From contig JBMSAQ010000038.1 in assembly GCA_049414405.1 (NCBI GenBank), positions 1,191 to 33,190 on the forward strand: DNA of 32,000 bases, given 5' to 3'. Under the pieces are notes generated by a model. That model searched no databases. It worked only from the letters and a program-made list of their open reading frames with translations, and was not told the origin of the DNA. The stretch comes from Candidatus Nanopusillus sp. (lineage in GTDB: Archaea > Nanobdellota > Nanobdellia > Nanobdellales > Nanobdellaceae). The position numbers and the translations under genes were made by a program. This document shows positions 26,331 through 32,000 of this stretch, piece after piece (position 1 is the first letter of the stretch; the number at the start of each line of letters is the position of its first letter).

Positions 26331-26679
26331 TTAATATATTTTTAACTATTTGATAGACTTTTTCTACGGATTTCTTATCGTATGTAAACGGTAGATATCT
26401 CGAAGAAATATATGCCTGTTTTATTAATTCTAGAGTAACATATTCCTTATCCAATATTTCTTTTAATCTATTATCTTTCGTTAATTCAATAACTTTATTT
26501 AATAAAATAATAATATCATGTGTTTTATCATATGTTCCGGTTAGTTCATATAATTTATATTTTAAACCTAATTGTAATGCTTGTTCTAAATGAAACATGG
26601 CTAAATTATATTTTCCCTCATTTAAATTTCTTTCACCTTCTTTAAAGAAATCTGTTGAATTATTTTTAAGGAAATCCAT
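26311..26679 (-). CDS. HEPN domain protein, second copy
   Basis: 122-aa helical protein. It has the HEPN-like pattern AMFHLEQALQLGLKYKL ... KTHDIIILLNKV ... AYISSRYLP and is coupled to the MNT gene. Confidence 0.7.
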   Translation of the reverse strand: MDFLKNNSTDFFKEGERNLNEGKYNLAMFHLEQALQLGLKYKLYELTGTYDKTHDIIILLNKVIELTKDNRLKEILDKEYVTLELIKQAYISSRYLPFTYDKKSVEKVYQIVKNILNVLGIL

Positions 26680-26771
26680 ATAAATTTTTTACTTTATAAA
26701 TTTTAAAGTTTTTATTTTTATCTAAAATCCAACATTAACATATAAAATATGTAAAATAATTATATAAATTT

Positions 26772-28181
26772 CTACCTACTCATCTTTTTTAATTTTTTCA
26801 TAACGTTTTTATAAATACACCAATAATATACATTTTCATTTGAAAAGTAATTGCACCACGCCCCAATTTTTCCAATATTATCTTTAATAGACAATAAAGC
26901 ATACATAAAAACCTCTGATAAATCATATTTATCAAATTTTTTCATTTCTTCAATAGCATCCAGTATTTTAATAATTACTTTTCTTTTCTTTCCATATTTC
27001 TTAATTATATATTCAAAAAGTTCTGCCAAATATTTTACATTAAAGCTTTCATATATTCTTTTTAATATTTTAATATCGCATATAAGTTCATAAAGATCTT
27101 TTTTAGCTAATTCTTCTTCTAAATATTCTAAATCTCTTTCAGAATTTACCAATCTATATAATCTAAAAGAAACAAACTGAGGATAATATTTTAATATATT
27201 TGGATATTTTGTAAATAAATCCTTTCCCATTAAATTTATAACATTATATAATCTATCATAATCTATAAAATTATACTTTTTATTACTTGTATGAATTATT
27301 ATATATCTAACATTTCTTCCACCTTTATTTATTAGTTGATTAAATATTTCTAATTTTATTTCTTGATTTATTTTTTCATTAAGATATATATTTTCAAAGT
27401 ATTTTGTTAAAATAAATAAGAAATCTTTTGCCTTTATTTTTTCAAAGTTTATATTATCTATAAGATCAATAATTGAAGGATCTCTGACAACCTGATTTAA
27501 AAGTAATATTAAATCTTCTTCATTTTGTACCTTATAATATAAACCATTAGAAGAAAATATATTTAATAATTTTACAAATTTTTCCTTTGGAATCTTATCT
27601 TTTAACTTTATTATAAGAAAAGAATATCCACTAAAATTTCCAATAACTCTTACTATAAAATCTTTTGCTATTTTAATATCTATATCTTTATCAACAATTA
27701 AGTTTAGGCTATTAGATAAAGCTGTATACATCGTAATTTTTAGTTTATATTTCTCATTTATTAAATATTCTAATATTTCTAATAAAACATTTATTCTTTC
27801 TTCGTCTAGATTTTCTATGTTTTTTCCAATATTTTCTATTATGAATGTTGTAGATATTTGAAATATTTCTTCACATTTTATTAACATACTTATCAAATCT
27901 TTCAAAACTTTTCCACCAAATCTTTCTTTAATTAAATAAATATAAGTTATAAATTCTTTTGGAATATATAAAATAGATTTTTCCTTAACTAACCATTGAA
28001 TATATTCAATCAACCCATCATTATTAATCATTTCTTCAATAGCTTTTTCACCTTTTAATTTTATTAAATAATCAATATTTTCTTGAACAATTTTTTTCAT
28101 TTTTTCTATATCTAAATTATCATAAATTTCGAGATATTCGCTTTTTGTTATTTTACCTAAAAATTCTTCATAATATTCCAT
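26772..28181 (-). CDS. Orphan 469-aa helical protein, function unknown
   Basis: Long uninterrupted ORF in very AT-rich DNA, where stop codons are frequent by chance. It is I/K/E/L-rich and shows no nucleotide-binding or catalytic motif that I can recognise. It lies on the same strand as, and 92 nt upstream of, the HEPN-MNT pair. Confidence 0.55.
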   Translation of the reverse strand: MEYYEEFLGKITKSEYLEIYDNLDIEKMKKIVQENIDYLIKLKGEKAIEEMINNDGLIEYIQWLVKEKSILYIPKEFITYIYLIKERFGGKVLKDLISMLIKCEEIFQISTTFIIENIGKNIENLDEERINVLLEILEYLINEKYKLKITMYTALSNSLNLIVDKDIDIKIAKDFIVRVIGNFSGYSFLIIKLKDKIPKEKFVKLLNIFSSNGLYYKVQNEEDLILLLNQVVRDPSIIDLIDNINFEKIKAKDFLFILTKYFENIYLNEKINQEIKLEIFNQLINKGGRNVRYIIIHTSNKKYNFIDYDRLYNVINLMGKDLFTKYPNILKYYPQFVSFRLYRLVNSERDLEYLEEELAKKDLYELICDIKILKRIYESFNVKYLAELFEYIIKKYGKKRKVIIKILDAIEEMKKFDKYDLSEVFMYALLSIKDNIGKIGAWCNYFSNENVYYWCIYKNVMKKLKKMSR

Positions 28182-28239
28182 AATATAATATTATATTTAA
28201 TTTTTAAATTTTAACCTTTTTATGTATTTATCAAGAATT

Positions 28240-28332
28240 TTAAGACAGAGAATTTATAACCGAACCAATAAACAATATTTTATTTGTCTTTAAATCAATT
28301 ATTGGATATTCAAGATCATTTGTAAATGATAT
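28240..28332 (-). pseudogene. Relic of the 3' end of a second serpin gene
   Basis: The minus-strand translation ends ..EYPIIDLKTNKILFIGSVINSLS-stop, versus ..FMIIDLKTKEILFIGQVVNPSS-stop of the intact serpin. By hand alignment 14/20 aa and 49/63 nt are identical. There is no start codon, and an in-frame TGA lies at 28333-28335. The rest of the gene is missing or unrecognisable. Confidence 0.6.
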
Positions 28333-28422
28333 TCATTAAAATAAGGAAGAACTTAAGCTCTTCAATAGTTTACATTAATTTTTATGAAAATCTTTATAAA
28401 TGTATACAAATAATAAACAATC

Positions 28423-28565
28423 ATGTCTACAGTCATTAGCATTAGGATAAAAAAAAGAAATAAAAGAAGAATTAGAAAAGCATGGAATAGATATTAGCCA
28501 AGAAGTAAAAAAAATTTTTAGAAGAACTTTATGTAAAGGTTAAAGCTAAAGAGTATGTAAATTAA
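28423..28565 (+). pseudogene. Frameshifted VapB-type antitoxin gene
   Basis: Read across three frames it gives MSTVISIRIKK / EIKEELEKHGIDISQEVKKI / LEELYVKVKAKEYVN-stop, a typical short archaeal antitoxin. The frame breaks fall in homopolymer runs (A8 at 28449-28456; the A/T runs at 28507-28519). Confidence 0.55.
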
Positions 28566-28609
28566 ACCTAGTGAAGAGAGTTTCTCTACAAAATCAATAA
28601 GAGAAGACC

Positions 28610-29005
28610 GTGAGAGTTGTTGATTCATCTTCCTTGGTAAAATTTTTCTCTAAAGAAAAAGGTTAGGAAAAAGTAGCTCAAATAATATCTGAAGGAGTTA
28701 TAACCCTAGATTTATCAATAAAAGAGGTTGCCAACGCTTTATGGAAAAAGGTTCTTAAAGGAGATTTGAATGAAGATATTGCGATTAAAATACTTTCCGA
28801 CTTATTAAAACGAGAGGCTATGATAATTGTAAATCAAGACGAATACTTAATAGAGGCGTTTAAAATCGCTAATAGAAATAAAATAACTATTTATGACTCT
28901 CTATTTATTGCATTGGCTAAATCAAAAAATCTTGGGTTAGTAACATCTGATATAAAACAATATGAAATTGCAAAAAATGAAGGAGTAAATGCTTTATTAA
29001 TATAA
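28610..29005 (+). pseudogene. VapC-type PIN-domain toxin gene interrupted by an in-frame TAG
   Basis: From GTG 28610 the frame reads (M)RVVDSSSLVKFFSKEKG-TAG-EKVAQIISEGVITLDLSIKEVANALWKKV...ITIYDSLFIALAKSKNLGLVTSDIKQYEIAKNEGVNALLI. The PIN acidic residues are present (DSS, E, YDS, TSD). The stop at 28664-28666 sits where Trp (TGG) is expected (GWEK). The track only reports the 3' part (28766-29005). Confidence 0.65.
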
Positions 29006-29167
29006 GAAAACATTATATAATTAATGAATTTTATTTAAACTCATATTATAACATTCCAAACAACTATAGGATATTAATATAAAAATACTTGCTTTTCATG
29101 ATTAATAATACGTTGGAAATTTTTTAGATTTATTAATACTATTAGTTATCAACTAATAACTATAATT

Positions 29168-30538
29168 TTAAGATGAAGGATTTACAACTTGGCCAATGAA
29201 TAATATTTCTTTTGTCTTTAAATCTATTATCATAAATATAAATGGTCTATTTATTTTTATTACTGGTCCTAAAGATACAGGTCGAGCTACTGTAACTGTT
29301 GCTGCAGCAGCTTTAGTTCCTTCTTCATTATTTTCGATATATGTAAACTGCTTAAATAATGAAACATATAAATTTTCATCAAGGCTTTTAAAATATACTA
29401 TATTTGAAAGATTTGAGGATCTTGGATTAAATATTGTGTTTATACCCAAAGATTTAAGATATGGTATTAAATCGTATTTTCCTTCAAAACTAAACTTTGG
29501 CATATATAATTCATCTACTACAATTTCATTTAAATTATTTAGATAATAATACAAATTATCTAATGTAAGATTTGATATTATATTTGATAGGTCACACAGA
29601 TTTTCTTCCGAATTTTCCAATGTAAGATTCGATACTATATTTGATAAGTTATATGGATCTTCACCTTTTAATCTGATGCATGGATTGTCTACAAGACGAT
29701 GTAGATCATAATAAGGATTATATGGAATAATTACAATCATAGCGATATTATTTCCTTTATAAGGTATTTCTATAACTTTTAAATCACCAAAAATTCCATA
29801 TTTCAATGAAACATCATATGCAACCATTGTTTCTACTTCTATAACATCTTTTGGTGAAATATAAAATTTTCTAGGTTTAGTATCTTCTTTTTTAAATTGC
29901 TTTGCCCATTTTCCATGGAAATATATAGCATTTGCTATAACCAATACTGTGCTTTCATTAATATCATATGGTGATATTACATTTTTTATTAAACCGTTTG
30001 TATTTTGAGATATAAAATTATTTATAGTTTCTGCAGATTTTATTCTATCAGTTACATCTATATTTTCAGTTTTTACTAAGAAATAATCTTTTGCAGTATT
30101 TATAAATGTGGGTTTGAACTCATAATCTTTATTTAAGAATAAACCATTTGCAATTTTTAATTCATAATTACCACCAGTATTCATTAAAATATTGTATAAT
30201 TCTCCAAAGTTTGGATTAACATAATTTGGCTCACTTAAATTTAATATATTTTTTAATTCTTCATATGTTTCCCCACCAGCTCCATTATATAATAATAAAA
30301 GATTTGAAAAAACACTATAAGGAGAAATCATAATATTACTAGTCGGATTATCCTGCTGAATTACTTTAAATAATTTAAGTCCAAAATTGTTACTAGAATT
30401 TACTACATGACTTAATCCTTCAGGAGTCCATCCTGTATTTTTAGCAATCTTAATAGGTGTATTAGAAAATTCATAAAATAAAAATATTAATACAATTCCT
30501 AATAATGCAATTAAAGTAATTTTAATATGTAATCTCAT
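29168..30538 (-). CDS. Serpin (serine protease inhibitor) with N-terminal membrane anchor
   Basis: 456 aa. The N-terminal helix is ITLIALLGIVLIFLFY. Serpin landmarks are NIMISPYSVFSNLLLLYNGAGGET, LYMPKFSFEGKYDL, the hinge NNEEGTKAAAATV and the C-terminal INRPFIFMI. The reactive-centre loop is at nt 29240-29326. Confidence 0.85.
   Translation of the reverse strand: MRLHIKITLIALLGIVLIFLFYEFSNTPIKIAKNTGWTPEGLSHVVNSSNNFGLKLFKVIQQDNPTSNIMISPYSVFSNLLLLYNGAGGETYEELKNILNLSEPNYVNPNFGELYNILMNTGGNYELKIANGLFLNKDYEFKPTFINTAKDYFLVKTENIDVTDRIKSAETINNFISQNTNGLIKNVISPYDINESTVLVIANAIYFHGKWAKQFKKEDTKPRKFYISPKDVIEVETMVAYDVSLKYGIFGDLKVIEIPYKGNNIAMIVIIPYNPYYDLHRLVDNPCIRLKGEDPYNLSNIVSNLTLENSEENLCDLSNIISNLTLDNLYYYLNNLNEIVVDELYMPKFSFEGKYDLIPYLKSLGINTIFNPRSSNLSNIVYFKSLDENLYVSLFKQFTYIENNEEGTKAAAATVTVARPVSLGPVIKINRPFIFMIIDLKTKEILFIGQVVNPSS
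29555..29647. repeat. Internal 36-nt duplication inside the serpin gene (57-nt period)
   Basis: On the minus strand, 29647-29612 encodes LSNIVSNLTLEN and 29590-29555 encodes LSNIISNLTLDN. The copies are 31/36 nt identical and separated by 21 nt (SEENLCD). Each copy carries two N-x-S/T sequons. Confidence 0.85.
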
Positions 30539-30639
30539 TCAATTTAATTAAATTATGCTTTTATAAATTTAATGATTTTTAAAAGTTTCCAACTTTTTCG
30601 TTTAATTTAAAAAAATTCTGAAAAATATAAACGGAATAA

Positions 30640-30741
30640 TTGTTCAACTTTATTTTAATATATAATAAAAAAGATGTAATTGATTTAGCAGCTGCCGAAC
30701 TATATGGAATTTCTAAAGAAGAATTAGAGCAATTTTTATGA
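30640..30741 (+). other. Short open frame (33 codons, TTG start at best); possible gene relic or micro-ORF
   Basis: It translates as (L)FNFILIYNKKDVIDLAAAELYGISKEELEQFL-stop. It contains a locally G+C-rich patch (gcagctgccgaac) in a 309-nt ORF-free gap. There is no ATG in frame. Confidence 0.2.
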
Positions 30742-30847
30742 TTTATAATTTAAAAATATTTTCCGAAAAAATCCAATAATATCTTCTTTAATTAAATTCT
30801 AATTATCGTATGCTTATTCTTCTTTTCTTTGTCTAATTTTCTATAAA

Positions 30848-31141
30848 TTATGAAAAGATTATGTTATTTAAATGGTAAAAGTATAACCCCATTATATCTA
30901 GTATTACAAATCCCATAGTTATAATCACAAATGCTATTATTGATTTACCTATATCTTCCTCATAAAGCCTTGCGACTATACTAGCAAATATTAACACAAA
31001 GACAATCCCAATTATTCCCAAGAATATCGTACCAAGTGGAGAAAATATAGATTCTATACCTTTTCTAGTCAACAAAACATACAACATTACCATTGGTATC
31101 CATAGCCCTGCTGATATTAGAAATACTACTGATGATGTCAT
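30848..31141 (-). CDS. Small integral membrane protein (about 3 TM helices), function unknown
   Basis: 97 aa, almost entirely hydrophobic (VVFLISAGLWIPMVMLYVLL, IFLGIIGIVFVLIFASIV, IIAFVIITMGFVILDIMGLYFY). It lies 6 nt downstream of the 77-aa ORF on the same strand. Confidence 0.5.
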   Translation of the reverse strand: MTSSVVFLISAGLWIPMVMLYVLLTRKGIESIFSPLGTIFLGIIGIVFVLIFASIVARLYEEDIGKSIIAFVIITMGFVILDIMGLYFYHLNNIIFS

Positions 31142-31147
31142 ATTATT

Positions 31148-31381
31148 TTATTTAATGATAACTAATTGTTGTTTTTTTGCCTTTTCATTTAGCAAATATT
31201 CTATAAATTTCTTTTTTGCTATTTCATTTTCTGCGATCCACAGCAATGCTTTGCCATATAGTTCTGCCTTTTTTAAGCTAGTTATTAGTTTTAACTCTGT
31301 AAATACTGCCTGTATTCTATCCATTTCTATGTCTCTCGCTATAAAAGATATTTCTCTTTTAGAGGGTATCGCCGACACCAT
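31148..31381 (-). CDS. Small soluble protein, possibly ribbon-helix-helix-like, function unknown
   Basis: 77 aa. KREISFIARDIEMDRIQAVFTEL..SLKKAELYGKALLWIAEN could be a strand-helix-helix layout; this is a weak guess. The TATA-like cttatttataag at 31399-31410 lies about 24 nt upstream of the ATG. Confidence 0.4.
   Translation of the reverse strand: MVSAIPSKREISFIARDIEMDRIQAVFTELKLITSLKKAELYGKALLWIAENEIAKKKFIEYLLNEKAKKQQLVIIK
31364..31376. repeat. GC-rich 13-nt direct repeat, copy 1 (GGGTATCGCCGAC)
   Basis: Identical 13-mer at 31364-31376 and 31750-31762. Copy 1 encodes codons 3-6 (SAIP) of the 77-aa ORF on the minus strand. Confidence 0.85.
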
Positions 31382-31502
31382 ATATAATATTTGGTGTTTC
31401 TTATTTATAAGTTTTTTGATATGATTTTAAAGATCAAAATAAAGAATTTTTTATAATTAGTCTAAAAGCTAATAAATCTTTTTAGACGCATATAAATATA
31501 AA

Positions 31503-31523
31503 GTGGGGGGAGGGGGGTGGTGG
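31503..31523 (+). other. G-tract GTGGGGGGAGGGGGGTGGTGG
   Basis: 17 G in 21 nt, including two G6 runs, inside a 478-nt ORF-free AT-rich region. There are too few nearby C residues for it to be a simple stem. Confidence 0.8.
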
Positions 31524-31749
31524 TATACTATATTAAGGTATAAATGCCCCTATAACATAATAACTACCCAATGGTACCATATATGTGGGTTTATAAAAGC
31601 ATATTTTAACTAAGTCTACAAAAACATGGACTTTATTAAATGTCTATTTTGATTAAATTACTAAAAAAACACTTAATTTTGTCGAGGCTTTAAATCTTAT
31701 ATAAAATTTATAAATTTATAAAGTATATAAAAAAGATATAGAAAAGTGT

Positions 31750-31762
31750 GGGTATCGCCGAC
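31750..31762. repeat. GC-rich 13-nt direct repeat, copy 2 (GGGTATCGCCGAC)
   Basis: Identical to 31364-31376 and located 386 nt away. On the minus strand it reads TGA-GGG-TCG-GCG-ATA-CCC (stop-G-S-A-I-P) with no start codon. Confidence 0.85.
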
Positions 31763-31859
31763 CCTCAAATAATATAATAAATAAAGTATATATCTTTTTT
31801 GTTTTCTTTGAGCTGTAAAACAATAAGATTTATAGCAAATAATATAAAATATAAACTAT

Positions 31860-32000
31860 ATGAAAATAAAGATAGATGAAAATATTCTAAAAATAGACAT
31901 TCCTGGGTTATTGTATGATTCTCTTACTGAAAAATTTAATTCCATAAAAAATAAAGAAAGACCTTTTAAAATAGAAATTAAATTTTTAGCATATCATGCT
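31860..32000 (+). CDS. 5' end of an ORF running off the right edge, function unknown
   Basis: ATG at 31860, open for 47 codons to the window end (MKIKIDENILKIDIPGLLYDSLTEKFNSIKNKERPFKIEIKFLAYHA). Not in the supplied track and no family recognised. Confidence 0.3.
   Translation, partial: MKIKIDENILKIDIPGLLYDSLTEKFNSIKNKERPFKIEIKFLAYHA

Noticed and set aside
28664-28666. In-frame TAG in the PIN gene as pyrrolysine or programmed readthrough
   Set aside because: TAG terminates other ORFs here (for example 11047-11049). The position corresponds to a conserved Trp (TGG), and the partner antitoxin is also broken, so pseudogenisation is the simpler reading.
29196-29546. 116-aa plus-strand ORF antisense to the serpin 3' region
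   Set aside because: It mirrors the codon structure of the serpin reactive-loop region (the AAAATV hinge read backwards gives VAAAAL). No independent signals.
16382-30538. Serpin and Lon-like protease as a cognate inhibitor-protease pair
   Set aside because: They are 11.5 kb apart and not co-oriented in an operon. Serpins act on chymotrypsin- or subtilisin-fold (and some cysteine) proteases, not on Ser-Lys dyad Lon-type domains.
31155-31424. 89-aa plus-strand ORF
   Set aside because: Antisense to the 77-aa ORF (31148-31381). That ORF has a better-placed TATA-like box and sits 6 nt upstream of the co-oriented membrane-protein gene. This is a weak call either way, so the minus-strand gene is reported with modest confidence.
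31459-31488. Imperfect hairpin GTCTAAAAG ... CTTTTTAGAC upstream of the G-tract
   Set aside because: It is a short, bulged, A/T-dominated stem. This is not distinguishable from chance and is unlikely to be stable at high temperature.
31707-31722. 16-nt perfect palindrome TTTATAAATTTATAAA
   Set aside because: It is composed only of A/T and equals two abutting TATA-like words. That is expected by chance in this composition, and no partner features were found.
1-32000. CRISPR arrays, rRNA genes, transposases, integrases, tRNA-fragment att repeats
   Set aside because: No regularly spaced direct repeats and no rRNA-like G+C-rich blocks were seen. No DDE or tyrosine-recombinase-like ORFs are in the track. 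I found no second copy of the tRNA-Gly or tRNA-Ser 3' segments, but the scan was by eye only.

Overview
Very AT-rich archaeal sequence. It carries archaeal-type ValRS and LeuRS, ribosomal protein eS1/S3Ae, a 221-aa archaeal TIM and RNase Z. TATA-like boxes sit about 27-30 nt upstream of start codons, which implies leaderless mRNAs. Two tRNA genes (Gly-GCC, Ser-GCU) and one candidate C/D-box sRNA stand out as G+C islands. That pattern fits a (hyper)thermophile with a small compact genome; a DPANN/Nanoarchaeota-like origin is my inference only. Positions 1-20.3 kb are tightly packed (about 3% without an ORF or RNA gene, with overlapping or zero-gap junctions) and mostly housekeeping. This part holds an RpoD fragment, valS, tpiA, a P-type ATPase, a GT2, rnz, leuS, rps3ae, a PUA-type methyltransferase, a SAMP-like protein and PGI/PMI. 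Embedded in it are a HEPN-MNT pair plus a DUF4143-type ATPase, a membrane-anchored Lon-like (Ser-Lys) protease, a PD-(D/E)xK nuclease-like protein and a Q/N/G/F-rich coiled-coil protein. From about 20.3 kb to the right edge the character changes. About 24% has no intact ORF, and intergenic gaps reach 424-478 nt. This part contains orphan genes, a second HEPN-MNT pair, a decayed vapBC pair, a serpin plus a relic of a second serpin, GC-rich direct repeats and a G-tract. The best candidate for an undescribed system is 21.5-28.2 kb. It holds an isolated HExxH protein, then an alkaline-phosphatase/PglZ-like enzyme gene inverted between two distantly related helical orphan genes, with start codons abutting in CATATG. 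A 469-aa orphan, HEPN and MNT follow on one strand. All calls come from reading the sequence and the translations by eye; no searches or folding programs were run.
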